DNA from: Vulcanimicrobiota bacterium
GTDB lineage: Bacteria; Vulcanimicrobiota; Vulcanimicrobiia; Eremiobacterales; Eremiobacteraceae
Assembly: GCA_963805945.1 (NCBI GenBank)
Contig: CAWDVP010000006.1
Coordinates: forward strand, 1 to 64,000
Direction of reading: 5' to 3'
DNA: 64,000 bases
How positions within the stretch are numbered: position 1 is the first letter of the stretch; each line of letters opens with the position of its first letter. Under the pieces are notes generated by a model that was not told the DNA's origin, did no database searches, and saw only the letters and a list, made by a program, of their open reading frames with translations. The translations under genes and the position numbers were made by a program. Below are positions 52,151-63,386 of this stretch, piece by piece.

Positions 52151-52685
52151 TCCCCGACGCGGGAGCGTCGCCCTCACGGGCTTCATGGGCGCCGGCAAGA
52201 GCACGGTCGGGCGCCGGCTCGCCAAACTGCTGGCGTTGCCCTTCGTCGACACCGACGCGGAGATCGCGCGCGTGCACGGGCCGATCGAGGCCATCTTCGC
52301 ACAGCACGGCGAAGCGAAATTCCGCGAGTACGAACGCGAGGCGCTGCTCCAGCTCGCCGCACGCGCGCCATGCGTCATCGCCGTCGGCGGCGGGGCGATC
52401 GTCGCGCCTGAGAACCGCGCGCTGCTTCGCGCGCACGGCGTGATCGTGCATCTGGATATCTCGGCTGCCGCGGCGCATCGGCGCGTGTTGCGCCGCACGC
52501 ATCGGCCGTTGCTCGGTGCGACTCCGGAGTTCTCAGTCGTGCGGACGTTGCTCCGGCAGCGCGCGCCGGCATATGCAGATAACGACTTCAGCGTCGCGGT
52601 CGAAGGCAAGAGCCCGGGGGCGATCGCACAGCTCATCGCGGCGTGGTACAACCGCAGCGATACGGCGAGCAAGGGCGGGAAATGA
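52147..52685 (+). CDS. aroK: Shikimate kinase (probable indel near the start)
   Basis: GFMGAGKSTVGR, FVDTD, GEAKFREYE, VGGG, RPLL. Confidence 0.9.
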
Positions 52686-53770
52686 CGGACGCGATCGTCG
52701 GCGGGCTTCCCTACCCGGTGGTGGTCGGCGGCGAAGCAGCGCGACACGTGGCGGCGGCCGCGATGGGCGCCGAAGGGGTCGCCGTGCTGTACGACCGTCG
52801 CGTCAGCACGCGGGCGAACGCCATCCGCCGAAGTCTCACGGCGGCAAGGCTGCCGGTCTTGGGCGAGCTGGCGATCAGCGGTGGCGAACGCTGCAAGAAC
52901 GCGGCGACGCTGCAGCGGGTGTGGCGCTGGCTGGTGCGATGCGGAGTCGGACGGCGAGCGGTTCTTGTCGCCATCGGGGGCGGCAGCATCACGGATCTGG
53001 CAGGCTTGGCGGCCGCGACCTATCTCCGGGGCATCGATTGGATCGCGGTCCCCACGACCGTCCTCGGCATGGCGGATGCGGCGATCGGCGGCAAGACGGC
53101 GATCGATCTGCCCGAGGGCAAGAATCTCGTCGGCGCCTTCTGGACGCCGCGCATGGTGGCGGCGGATCTGCCGGCACTGGCCACGTTGCCGAAACGAGAA
53201 CGCAGCGGCGGCTGCGCTGAGATGATCAAAGCGGCTGTGATCGGCGATCCTGAGCTCCTCGAGGCGCTCGAGCGCTTGCCGTTCGGACGGTCCGACGCGC
53301 GGCCGTGGGGCGGCGCTATCGCAGCAGCGGCAGCGGTGAAAGCGCGCATCGTCGCCGCCGACCCGCGAGAAGCGGGCATGCGCGAGATGCTCAACCTCGG
53401 GCACACCCTCGGCCACGCCTTCGAGCATGCCTCGCGCGGTCGCCTGACGCATGGTTTCGCCGTGTCGATCGGCCTGCGCGGAGCCGGTCTGTTGGCGCTG
53501 CGGCAGGGCCTGTTCTCGCCACCCGAGCATGCGCGCGTGCTGCGGTGCCTCAAACGCGCCGGCTTGCCGCTGTGCGACAACGCGGCCGACCTGCGGGCCG
53601 TGGAGCGCGCCCTGGCGGTCGACAAGAAGCGGCAGGCCGCCGCGCCGCGCTTCGTCCTGCCGGTGCGCATCGGCGAGGTACGGATCGGGATGACGGCCGC
53701 GCCTGATGACGTGCGCGACGTGATCGCGCAATGCACTCGGCCTCCCTCGGCCGAAGAACTCGGGCGGTGA
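52682..53770 (+). CDS. aroB: 3-dehydroquinate synthase
   Basis: GGGSITDLAG, VPTTVLGMADAAIGGKT, NLGHTLGHAFE. Confidence 0.93.
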   Translation: MTDAIVGGLPYPVVVGGEAARHVAAAAMGAEGVAVLYDRRVSTRANAIRRSLTAARLPVLGELAISGGERCKNAATLQRVWRWLVRCGVGRRAVLVAIGGGSITDLAGLAAATYLRGIDWIAVPTTVLGMADAAIGGKTAIDLPEGKNLVGAFWTPRMVAADLPALATLPKRERSGGCAEMIKAAVIGDPELLEALERLPFGRSDARPWGGAIAAAAAVKARIVAADPREAGMREMLNLGHTLGHAFEHASRGRLTHGFAVSIGLRGAGLLALRQGLFSPPEHARVLRCLKRAGLPLCDNAADLRAVERALAVDKKRQAAAPRFVLPVRIGEVRIGMTAAPDDVRDVIAQCTRPPSAEELGR

Positions 53771-56158
53771 GCGAGAGCCGATGCGTTGACGTCGTCGTCG
53801 ACGTCCATGCCGCGAACGTCGATCGAGCGTATACCTATCTGACCAACGGCGAGACGCCGGCGTTAGGGGCACGCGTGCGCGTGCCATTCGGCGGACGGAT
53901 CGTCGCCGGGTGGGTGGTCAGCGAGCCCGCGGAACTGCCGAACGGAGGCGAGGGCCTCAAAGCGATCGCCTCGATCGAGGACAGCGAAGCGCAGTTCGGC
54001 GCGGAAGCAGTGCATCTCGCCTCGTGGCTGCGCCGTCGCTACGCCTGCACGTTTCGGGAGGCGCTCACCGCGGTCGCGCCGCGTGCGACCGCCGGCGGAT
54101 CACGCGCGCTCTTCGCGTTCGCCTCCGCGCCGCAACCGGGCGACAGGCTGGCGGGGGCGCTGCAGCGCGCTTTCAAGAGCACGCCGTTCACGACCCTTGC
54201 CGCGGCGCGCGCACTGGCGAGGGTTGGTCAGCGCACGCCGTCCGCGCGGCTGCAGCAAGAGCTATCGCGCCTCGTCCGCGCCGGGATCCTCTCCAGAGCT
54301 GCCGGTAAGGAGACCGCGGGCGTACGGCCGACGGCTCGACCGCAGATCGCCGTGCTGGTCGATGCCGCTGTCGCTAAGGGCGCGGTGCAGCGCCAGCTGG
54401 CAGCGGCGCTCGCCGATAGCGGCGGCTCGCTGCCGCTGCCAGAGGCGCGCCGCCGCGCCGGTGCGTCGGCTGCCGTCGTGCGGCGTGCGCAGCGAGCGGG
54501 GGTGCTGCGGGTAGAAGAAGAGCGAGCGTCGCCACAGGCGTCGGTCGAGCTGCGATCGCGTGCGTTCACCCCGACCGAAGAGCAGCGCACCGCGATCGAG
54601 CGTATCGACGAGCTGGCGCGAGCGGGCGGTGGCGCTGCGCTCTTGCACGGCGTCACCGGATCCGGCAAGACGTTCGTCTATTCGCGGCTGGTCGATCGCG
54701 TGCGCCGACGCGGCGGCGCCGCGATCGTCATGGTGCCGGAGATCGCGCTCACGCCGCAGACCGCCGCGCGTTTCGAGGCGATCTTCGGCTCGAAGGTCGG
54801 CGTCATGCACAGCGGTTTGTCCGCCGGCGATCGCGCGCGCGTATGGCAGGATGCGGCCGCCGGTTCGCTCGACGTGATCGTGGGCGCGCGCTCGGCGGTG
54901 TTCGCGCCGCTGTCGCGGCTCGCGCTCATCGTGGTGGACGAAGAGCACGAGCCGTCATACAAGCAGGATGTCGCACCGCGCTACGACGCGGGTGCGGTCG
55001 CGCGCGAGCGGATGCGCCACGCCGGCGGCGCGGTGGTGTTCGGCAGCGCGACGCCGAGCCTGGAGATCTACGCCGAGGCGATGGCCGGCGGCGTGCTCTA
55101 CGTGCCTATGCGCACGCGCGCGACAGCCGCGCCGATGCCGCCGGTGGAGATCGTCGACATGACCGGTCAGCGCGCCGGCGGCGGGCGCCATGCGATCGGA
55201 CCGGCATTGCTCGAAGCGATGGAATCGGCGCTCGGGCGCGGCGAAAAAGTGCTGCTGTTCGTCAACCGGCGGGGCTATGCGGTGCTCTTGCTGTGCCGGG
55301 TGTGCGGTTTCGCGCCGCGCTGCAAACGTTGCGCGGTGTCGTTGGTGATGCATTCGTCCGACGGGTCGCTGCGCTGCCATATCTGCGGCGACGCGTTCCG
55401 CGTGCCCGCGACCTGCCCCAAGTGCGGCGCAGCCGATCTCGCGCCGTATGGCTTCGGTACGCAGCGCGTCGAGGAAGAGATCGCACGGCTCTTGCCCGAC
55501 GCGCGGATCGTGCGCATGGATGCGGACACCACCGGCGGTCGCGGGTCGCACGGGCGCCTCTTGCACTCGTTCGGCAACGAGGCCAACGTGCTCATCGGCA
55601 CGCAGATGGTGGCCAAAGGGCTCGACTTTCCGACGGTCACCGTCGTGGGCGTCGTCTCCGCGGATCTAGACCTCAACCGGCCGGACTTCCGCGCCGCCGA
55701 GCGGACCTTCCAACTGCTCACACAGGTGGCCGGTCGCGCGGGCCGCGCGGCCCCGGGCAGCCGCGTGGTGGTACAGACGTATTCGCCACAGCACTACGCG
55801 ATACAGTTCGCGGCGCAAGCACGACTACGAAGGCTTTGCGAACAAGGAGCTCGGGCTGCGACGCGAGCTGCGCTACCCGCCGTTCGGGCGGTTGGCGTAT
55901 GTGGTGATCGCAGGCGTGGACCGCGCGGCGGTTGCGACCGCGGCGCAGAAGCTCGCGGTCTCGCTGCGCGCACACGCGGCCGATGTCGAGACGCTGGGCC
56001 CGGCGCCCGACCCGCTGCCGAAGGCTCGCGGCGAATACCGGTTGCGGCTCGCGCTCAAAGCACAGAGCGAGGAGGCGCTGCTTGCGGCGTGCGCGCACGT
56101 GCAAGCGCAGCGCAGGAGCGATGACGCGCGCGTCAGCGTGATCGTGGACCCGCGTTAA
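53767..56158 (+). CDS. priA: Primosomal protein N' (frameshift near 55820)
   Basis: GVTGSGKT, VPEIALTPQ, DEEHE, four CxxC, QVAGRAGR, VDPR. Confidence 0.93.
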
Positions 56159-56164
56159 GATGTA

Positions 56165-56233
56165 TGTAGGGGCCGATCTTCAGATCGGCCCTCGCGCCGT
56201 CGATCAGAGTCGATCTAAAGATCGACCCCTACA
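56165..56233. repeat. Inverted REP doublet (REPIN-like, family A)
   Basis: TGTAGGGGCCGATCTTCAGATCGGCCCT ... AGAGTCGATCTAAAGATCGACCCCTACA between convergent genes. Confidence 0.85.
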
Positions 56234-56234
56234 T

Positions 56235-57007
56235 TCAGAAGGAAGCGCCCAGACCCAATTGGATGCCGCCGATCGAAGTCGGCGCCACTCCCGGGTTGGC
56301 GTACGATTGATGGTCGTAGCCGATCTTGAACAGCACACCCGAACGTTTCAGTCTAAGGATGGCGCCGGCCTGAGCGGTGGTGATCGAGGCGGAGACGCTC
56401 TGCGAGGTCGCAGACGGATAGAAGAAGATATTCACATAGGGCGAGACGGTCTGCCGGAAGTCGGGCAACAGCGACGCGCCGATCCCGAGCGCATTGGCCG
56501 ACGCGTTGAAGGTGGAGCTTTGCATCGAGATCAGGCCGACGCCCAGCGCGAGCACCCCGCCGCCCGGCGTATAGTAAAGCGCGCCTTCGGTGCGCGTCAG
56601 CACCGGATTGCTGCCGCCGTGCACGGCATAATCGTTGAAGCGCAGCATCGCCGCGTAGCCGGCGGACAGCCGGCCGGCGATGTCGACGAAGAAGCCGGTC
56701 GCGTTGGACGAGGGGAAATTGGGAAGCGGCGTGGCCGTGCTCGATGGCGATCACACCGCCGGTGCCGTTGCCGCTATTGTAGCCGACGATGGCGAAACCG
56801 TTGCCGATCGGCCCGGGCGAACCTGAAGGCGTGGGACTTCCGAATGGGCTGGGAGCATTAGGGGCCGTTGGGCCGGCCCCCGGCGCAGGCGTGGGAGTTG
56901 CGATAGGCGTGCCCTGTCCGCGCGCTGCCTTGACCGACGCCCGCGCGCGCCCATGCCGGCGCGAGCGCGACCATGACTGCGAGGCATAGGACGACCCGCA
57001 GCCGCAA
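56235..57007 (-). CDS. Probable outer-membrane beta-barrel protein with P/T/S-rich linker (two frameshifts)
   Basis: Reassembled: signal peptide MRLRVVLCLAVMVALAPAWARA, linker TPIATPTPAP...SPTPSGSP, C-terminal QLGLGASF. Confidence 0.65.
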
Positions 57008-57009
57008 GG

Positions 57010-57258
57010 CTATTTCTTGGCGGCCGCCGCGACCCGCTTCGCCATGCGCGACTTCTTGCGGTTCGCCTTGTTCTTATGGATGATGCCGCGCGCGGCCGCC
57101 TTGTCGTGCGCCGCCGCGGCCGCCCGGACATCCTCTTTGGTCAGCGTCTCGCCGGCCTTCTTGTACTTGGACTTGAGGGTGCTCTTCACTGCGAGATTGC
57201 GTTTGCGCCGCTTCTCGGAAGCGCGCGCCCATTTCTTCGCGGATTTGATGTTCGGCAA
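57010..57258 (-). CDS. rpsT: 30S ribosomal protein S20
   Basis: PNIKSAKK...DKAA..GIIHKNKANRKKSR. Confidence 0.96.
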   Translation of the reverse strand: MPNIKSAKKWARASEKRRKRNLAVKSTLKSKYKKAGETLTKEDVRAAAAAHDKAAARGIIHKNKANRKKSRMAKRVAAAAKK

Positions 57259-57296
57259 AACGATGACTCCCTTACGTCTATTGCAAAAGCCAACAA

Positions 57297-57326
57297 ATCA
57301 TAGCACGAACGGTCGAAATGAGGCAA
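57297..57326 (-). promoter_or_regulatory. Sigma70-type promoter of rpsT
   Basis: TTGCCT-N18-TATGAT with extended -10 TG. Confidence 0.55.
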
Positions 57327-57355
57327 GGGCGCGCGCGGGGACTTGAGGCTTCTCT

Positions 57356-58189
57356 ATGGAAAACATCGCTGTGAACGCTTCCTTCGTGCGCGTTTTCGTC
57401 GTGCCGGCACTGCCGGCAGGCGACTTTCGATGCGCTCCTCGACGCCTGGCGACCGCTGGGCGAGGTCGATCCGGTCGTCCACGACCGCGATCTGGACTGC
57501 ATCACCGTCGGGATCCGCGTTGGAGAAACGCCGCTCGAAGGCGTCCTGCGCGCATGCGCGGCGCTCCGGGGAGCAGACATCCTTCTTATAGATGTGCAGA
57601 CCGCAGACGGGTCGATGCCGGCCGATGCAGCCGCGCTCGGCGCTGTGGTAGGCGACGCGCTCGACGCGCCGGTCCACGTCGTGCACCGGATCAAGCCCGC
57701 GTCCGCCTGGGCAGCCGCACGCCCGGTCTCATGGGGCGTCGACGGCTTGCGCGTGCGCTTGCACGAGCCGACGCATCCGCGGCCAGGCATTCGCGCACCA
57801 GCGTCGTCGCGTTGGAGTTCGGCGGGCCGACGATCGTGATGAAAGCGTCGCTGCACGGCGTGCCCGCGATGCAGTGCGTCGCATCTGCGACGCGACCGGC
57901 AGTGCCGGCGCAGGGCTGGCGCACATCGGCGCATACCCGGCGATCTCGGTCGCGACCGGCGAGCCGATGATCGTCCTCGAGTGCAGCGATCCGGCGAAAT
58001 CGCCGCTGCATCGAGCCCTTGCGCTCATCGACATCGAAGCGGCGCGCGTATGGCGGCAGCCTCGGCGCCACGACGTTGCTGTCGCAGATACCCTTGAGCG
58101 CGCTGCTCGAGACGCTCTCCGCGCACATGGGGCTCGAGGCCCAGCCGGCGCAGATCATCGAGACGCATCTCGAAAGGCCGGCGCGATGA
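57356..58189 (+). CDS. Divergent glutamate-formiminotransferase-like protein (several frameshifts)
   Basis: Reassembled C-terminus KSPLHRALALIDIEAARYG.....LLSQIPL resembles the FTCD C-domain; stop overlaps glmM. Confidence 0.4.
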
Positions 58190-59520
58190 ACGAGCTCTTC
58201 GGCACCGACGGTGTGCGGGGCGTCGCGAACGAGTTTCTGACCCCGGAGTTAGCGCTCGCCCTCGGCAGGGCCGGCGGTTTCGTGTTGGCCGAGCACGGCG
58301 CGCGCCGGCCAGTGCTCGTCGGGCGCGATACGCGTCTGTCAGGGCCCGTGCTCGAAGCTGCGCTGTGCGCGGGCCTGGCATCGGTCGGACTCGACGTCTG
58401 GAAGTTGGGCATCGTGCCGACACCTGGCGTCGCCTACCTGACGCATCACCTCGACGCCGCCGCCGGCGTCATGATCTCCGCCTCGCACAACCCGATCGAG
58501 GACAACGGCTTCAAGTTCTTCGCAGCGGACGGCACGAAGCTGCCGGATACGATCGAGGATGAGATCGCAACCGCCGTGCGGACGCATGCCGAATTGCCGC
58601 GGCCGACCGGCGGCGACGTCGGCGAGATCCTCGACCGCCGGCGCGTGGTCAGCGCGTACGAGCGGCATTGCGTCTCGCTCGGCCAGTCGCTCGCGGGGAC
58701 GAGCGTAGTGGTGGACGCCGCGTTCGGCGCCGCTTACACGCTCGGGCCGCGCGTCCTATCGGCGCTCGGCGCGCACGTCATCCCCCTGCATTGCAAGCCG
58801 GACGGCTGGCGCATCAACGTGCGTTGCGGCGCGACGAATCTCGAGCCGCTGCACGCTGCCGTGGCGGAGCATCCCGGCAGCGTCGGCGTGGCGTTCGACG
58901 GCGATGCCGACCGCGCGCTCTTCGTGGACGAGTCCGGCGGGGTCGTGACAGGCGATCACGTGCTCGCCATCTGGGCCCGCGAACTGGCGTCGCGCGACGA
59001 ACTGCCGCAGCGCAAGATCGTGGCGACGGTGATGAGCAACGTCGGGCTGGAGCACGCGTTGCATGCGGCCGGCGTCGGACTCGTGCGCACCGCGGTCGGG
59101 GATCGGTACGTGCTCGAAGCGATGCAGCAGGGCGCGTATCGGCTCGGCGGCGAGCAATCGGGGCACATCATCGACCTGGCGGCGAACACCACCGGCGACG
59201 GCATCGCGACGGCCGTACGGCTTCTGGGCTTGCGCGCGCGCGCGGGCTCGCTCGCGGCGCTCGCCGGCATCATGCACGTCCATCCGCAGGTGCTGCTCAA
59301 CGTCCGGGTCGCCGACAAGCAGGCGTACGAGAAAGACAAGGGTGTCCAGACGGCGATCGCGGAGGCGCAGCGCGCGCTCGGCGATGCAGGGCGGTTGCTC
59401 GTGCGGCCCTCGGGAACGGAGCCGCTCGTCCGCATCATGGTGGAAGGCCCGGATGAGGCCCAGATCCGGCAGATCGCCCAAACCGTGGCGGCCCGCGTCG
59501 AGGCAGCCTCGTCCCGCTAA
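58186..59520 (+). CDS. glmM: Phosphoglucosamine mutase
   Basis: LFGTDGVRG, MISASHNP, FDGDADR, GGEQSGH, RPSGTEP. Confidence 0.96.
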   Translation: MNELFGTDGVRGVANEFLTPELALALGRAGGFVLAEHGARRPVLVGRDTRLSGPVLEAALCAGLASVGLDVWKLGIVPTPGVAYLTHHLDAAAGVMISASHNPIEDNGFKFFAADGTKLPDTIEDEIATAVRTHAELPRPTGGDVGEILDRRRVVSAYERHCVSLGQSLAGTSVVVDAAFGAAYTLGPRVLSALGAHVIPLHCKPDGWRINVRCGATNLEPLHAAVAEHPGSVGVAFDGDADRALFVDESGGVVTGDHVLAIWARELASRDELPQRKIVATVMSNVGLEHALHAAGVGLVRTAVGDRYVLEAMQQGAYRLGGEQSGHIIDLAANTTGDGIATAVRLLGLRARAGSLAALAGIMHVHPQVLLNVRVADKQAYEKDKGVQTAIAEAQRALGDAGRLLVRPSGTEPLVRIMVEGPDEAQIRQIAQTVAARVEAASSR

Positions 59521-59745
59521 GGGGTCAGCTGCGACCCCGCTCACAGCGCCTGGGGAGGGTGCGTGGGGCGTCGGGCGAAGGCTCAGGCTAGCGGGCGAGA
59601 CGCGCATTGGACGCGGCGCCTTGAAGATTTCCCCTCTTTTGCTCCCCGTGCGCGCCGCAGAACGCGCTGAACCGACAATCAAGCCTACCGAGGACGCTAC
59701 GCGCGGACGTAGAGAGCCCTTGGCACCGCTTTTGTTGAGGTATTC

Positions 59746-60588
59746 GTGCGACCCAATCTTGCTGTGGTGTTTTCGCTCGTCTTCGCGCTGTGCGCCGCAT
59801 CGGCGCAGGCTGATTCTCTTTCCCACACCGTCGTCTCCGGCGACTCACTCTCAATGATCGCCTCGCATTACGGCGTCTCCGTCGCGGCGCTGGAAGCACG
59901 CAACCATCTTTCGGATTCGAGCGTGCTCTCGCTCGGCCAACGCATCGTGATCCCCGGAGCGGTGGTCGCAGCACGGCCGGCAGCGCATAAGAGCGTCGCC
60001 ATCACCGCAAAGCATTCGGCTGCGACGAAGCATTCGGCTGAGGTCGGCGCCGCGCTCTACGCAGCCCGCGTCGGCGCCGCTCGATCGCATCGTGGGCTCT
60101 CCCCGGCTTCGCCCGCGGGTGCCGTGATGGCGAACATCGCATTGTGGCAGGCGACGCATGCCGGCAGCACCGCGCCGCCGCTCCTGTTCATCGACCCATC
60201 GTCCGTCGCCGGGCACATGCTGGCGATAGATGCCAAGATCCGGCACACCGCGCTGCGCTATCTCGGCGTGCCATACTCCTGGGGCGGGACCGGCTTCGGC
60301 GGCGTGGACTGTTCCGGCTTCGTGCAGTCGGTGTTCGCGTCGAACGGCATCCACTTGCCGCGCATGGCCGACGAGCAGTTCGCGGTGGGCAAGCGCATCG
60401 CGATGAGCCTGCTGCTGCCGGGCGACCTGGTGTTCTTCGAGACCTATACGAGCGGCGCGTCGCACGTCGGCATCTATATCGGCGGCGGCAAGTTCATCCA
60501 CGCATCCACGCGCGGAGTCGTCATCGACGCGCTGTCCATGGACTACTATTCAAGCCGCTATCTCGGAGCGCGCCGCCTCGTCCAATAG
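59746..60588 (+). CDS. LysM + NlpC/P60 cell-wall endopeptidase
   Basis: Signal peptide, HTVVSGDSL..IA, GVPYSWGG...DCSGF, HVGIY, HAS. Confidence 0.93.
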   Translation: MRPNLAVVFSLVFALCAASAQADSLSHTVVSGDSLSMIASHYGVSVAALEARNHLSDSSVLSLGQRIVIPGAVVAARPAAHKSVAITAKHSAATKHSAEVGAALYAARVGAARSHRGLSPASPAGAVMANIALWQATHAGSTAPPLLFIDPSSVAGHMLAIDAKIRHTALRYLGVPYSWGGTGFGGVDCSGFVQSVFASNGIHLPRMADEQFAVGKRIAMSLLLPGDLVFFETYTSGASHVGIYIGGGKFIHASTRGVVIDALSMDYYSSRYLGARRLVQ

Positions 60589-60608
60589 CCGCTGAGGGCA
60601 GGGCACCA

Positions 60609-61794
60609 ATGGCGACCACTCACGTGCCGCTGCTCGTCATCGGAGCCGGGCCCTATGGTCTCGCCACCGCCGCATGTGCGAAGGCCGCGGGCATCGATGC
60701 CCTCGTGCTGGGCGAGCCCATGGGGTTTTGGCGCAACTGCATGCCGGATCGGATGCTGCTGCGTTCGGGCCCGCAATGGCAGCTCGACGCCGCTAAGGTC
60801 CACACCATCTTCGCGTATCTAGAGGCTCGCGGCATCGATCCGGCGGATGTGACGCCGCTGCCGGTCAGCCTCTTCATCGCCTACGCGCAATGGTTCTGTG
60901 AGACGACCGAGATCCGAATGTCGCCTCGCATGGTGAGCGAGCTACAGCGATCGGACCAGGGGTTTCGAGATGCTCCTCGACGACGGCGAGCGGCTCACCG
61001 CGAACGCGGTCGTCGCCGCCCCCGGCATCGCGAGCTTCGCGAACATCCCGACGTGGGCTGCCGAAGCGCTATCTCCAGCGCGCTACTCTCACACGCGCGA
61101 TCTCAGCGCGGTTCGAAGGCGCTGCGCGGCTCGCGCTGCGCGATCTTCGGGGGACGCATGAGCGCTTTCGAATGGGCCGCGCTGCTGGCGGAGGATGGTG
61201 CCGAAGCTGTGCACGTCGTCTATCGTCACGACACGCCGGCCTTTGCGACGAGCTACTGGGACTTCGTCGAGCCGCTGATGATGCAGACGCTCGAGAACCC
61301 GGGGTGGTATCGCGGTTTGCCGGCCGCCGAGCGAGATGCCGTGGCGAACCGTTTTTGGGCCGAGGGCAGGCTGAAGCTGGAGCCGTGGCTGACGCCGCGA
61401 CTTGCGACGCCGACGATCCGCCTCCACCCGCACGCGGAGGTCCGCGACTGCCGGGAACTGCCGTCCGGCGTGGTCCAGATCGATCTCACGGACGGCGAGA
61501 GGCTCGTCGTCGATCACGTCATCCTCGCCACCGGCTACAAAGCAGAGTATCGAAGGTGCCATATCTGCGCGGCGTGCTCGCTCGCGCTTGCCGTGACGGA
61601 CGGCTCGCCGCGAGCTCGACACGCATTTCCAGTCGAGCGTGCCCGATCTCTACGTGACGGGTTTTGCGGCAGCGCGGGATTTCGGACCGTTCTTCGGGTT
61701 CGTGCGGGGATGCACGACCGCCGCGACCCTCATCGTCGACGCGCTGCTATCGCGCGCGCAAGGCGATGGACGGGATTCGCGCGGACAGCGCTAG
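60609..61794 (+). CDS. FAD/NAD(P)-dependent oxidoreductase (several frameshifts)
   Basis: IGAGPYGL, GGRMSAFE, ILATGY, DFGPFFGFV. Confidence 0.75.
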
Positions 61795-61815
61795 AAAAAG
61801 CCTCGCTGACGTCGA

Positions 61816-61888
61816 TGGGGCGTCGCCAAGTTGGTAAGGCACCAGCCTTTGGAGCTGGCATTCGAAGGTTCGAGTCCTTCCGCCCCAG
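61816..61888 (+). tRNA. tRNA-Gln(TTG), CCA not encoded
   Basis: Acceptor TGGGGCG/CGCCCCA, anticodon arm CCAGC-CTTTGGA-GCTGG, T-loop GGTTCGAGTCC. Confidence 0.95.
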
Positions 61889-61891
61889 CAC

Positions 61892-61917
61892 GCATCCGGC
61901 TCTTCATCCCACGCGTA
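61892..61917 (+). promoter_or_regulatory. Candidate autoregulatory ECF promoter
   Basis: GCATCC-N16-CGTA about 20 nt upstream of the SigK-like gene. Confidence 0.45.
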
Positions 61918-61936
61918 CCTATATCCGAGGGATATA

Positions 61937-62509
61937 GTGACGACGGCTCAGACCGACGATCAACTGCTCGCGGCGCTCGCCTTGGGCGAGCTAGCGGCAT
62001 TGGACGGCCTGTACGAACGGTATGCCAGGACGGCGTACTCGCTCGCCTATCGCATCGTCGGCGAGCGCGGGGCCGCTGAAGACGTCGTCCAAGACGCCTT
62101 CCTCTCTGTGTGGCGGCAGGCGAAATCATATCGGCGCGAGCGCGGCAACCCGCGCACGTGGCTCATGGCGATCGTGCATCACCGCGCGATCGATAGGCTG
62201 CGCGCGAGCGCCTCGAGTGGCGTCACCATCCCGCTCGACCAGCTGCCCGACGGACCGGCTGAAACCCCAGGCGTGTGGCAACAGGTCTGGACCGGCCTGC
62301 GCGGAGATGCGGTGCGCAGCGCCATCGAAACCTTGCCGCCGGAGCAGAAGAAGAGCATCGAGCTCGCCTACTTCTCCGGCTATACGCATGTCGAGATCGC
62401 GGAGCTGATGGGCGTGCCGCTGGGCACGGTGAAAGGACGATTACGGCACGGCCTGCACAAGTTGAAAGCATTCCTCGAGGGGCCTGGCATGGAGATGTCA
62501 GGCACATGA
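61937..62509 (+). CDS. ECF sigma factor (SigK-like)
   Basis: AEDVVQDAF..VWR, HHRAIDRLR, LAYFSGYTH.EIA...PLGTVKGR. Confidence 0.92.
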   Translation: MTTAQTDDQLLAALALGELAALDGLYERYARTAYSLAYRIVGERGAAEDVVQDAFLSVWRQAKSYRRERGNPRTWLMAIVHHRAIDRLRASASSGVTIPLDQLPDGPAETPGVWQQVWTGLRGDAVRSAIETLPPEQKKSIELAYFSGYTHVEIAELMGVPLGTVKGRLRHGLHKLKAFLEGPGMEMSGT

Positions 62510-63315
62510 ACAACGGCATGCACGTAACCGATCTCTCCGCGTCGTACGCGCTCGGCGCGCTGACGCCCGGCGAACAGGCGCTGGTAGCGCAGCATTGCGC
62601 GGGCTGCGCCGCATGCCGCGCCGACGTGCTTGAGATGACGCAGATCGCGAGCGCGTTGCCGCTCGCCTGCGAAAGCGTCGCGCCGGCAGCCGCCTTGCGC
62701 GATCGCATCATGGAAGCGGCGCGGGCCAACGAAGTTCTCGGTCGAATGAATTCGACCGCTCCATCCAACGTCAGGCCACTCCCACGTCCGCAAGGGCAGA
62801 ATTGGGTCGCTGGGCTTGCCGCCGCAGCAGCCATCGTGATGGGCGTCGTCGCGATGCAGGCATCGCAGCAGCGCGACGCGCTCGCCACGCGGATCGCCTC
62901 CATGAACGACCAGCTCGCGACGCTGCAACAGGCGAACGATCAGCTTTCCGTACAGGCCGAACAGGGGCACGCGGTTATGACGGCCCTCGCGAGCGGCACG
63001 TACTGGACGATGGGTCCGCAAGCGGATCGTCACGGCGGTATGTGGCGCTATGCGGTCGTGCAGCCACCGCAACGCGGGCACAACGGCATGCTGCTGGCGA
63101 CCGTGCCCGAGGTGCCGCGCGGCATGGCGTATCAAGTGTGGGTGGTGCGCGGCGGGCGGCCGCATCCGGCGGGCGCGGTGATGCACGGCGGCATGACGAT
63201 GATGGATATGAAGATGCCGCTGCTCAAGGGCGACGTCGTCGCCTTCAGCATGGAGCCGATGCCGGGCAACAGTCCCGCCCCCACCTCGCCGTACCTGGTG
63301 CGGATGCCCATTTGA
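62506..63315 (+). CDS. Anti-sigma factor (zinc finger + RskA-like)
   Basis: YALGAL...HCAGCAAC, TM helix, AYQVW, SMEP...PT. Confidence 0.88.
   Translation: MNNGMHVTDLSASYALGALTPGEQALVAQHCAGCAACRADVLEMTQIASALPLACESVAPAAALRDRIMEAARANEVLGRMNSTAPSNVRPLPRPQGQNWVAGLAAAAAIVMGVVAMQASQQRDALATRIASMNDQLATLQQANDQLSVQAEQGHAVMTALASGTYWTMGPQADRHGGMWRYAVVQPPQRGHNGMLLATVPEVPRGMAYQVWVVRGGRPHPAGAVMHGGMTMMDMKMPLLKGDVVAFSMEPMPGNSPAPTSPYLVRMPI
62739..62763 (+). repeat. Intragenic REP-like palindrome (family B)
   Basis: CGGTCGAATGAATTCGACCGCTCCA, encodes GRMNSTAP in the anti-sigma linker. Confidence 0.85.
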
Positions 63316-63386
63316 GAAGAGTGCGGCATCAGTCGGACGCGCTAGAGGTCGGCCGCCACACCGGTGTTGAAGGGCGATTAGTCTGA

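Noticed and set aside
48003..53887. Long antisense ORFs (e.g. 48003-49973, 51266-53887; also 31045-32892)
   Set aside because: Shadow ORFs of high-GC coding sequence opposite well-supported genes
59521..59745. glmS ribozyme or c-di-AMP riboswitch between glmM and the NlpC/P60 gene
   Set aside because: Only AGCGCCTGG matches; there is no GACGAGG core, no glmS downstream and no recognisable ydaO consensus
61816..61936. tRNA-Gln as an integration site
   Set aside because: No integrase and no duplicated tRNA 3' end seen in the window
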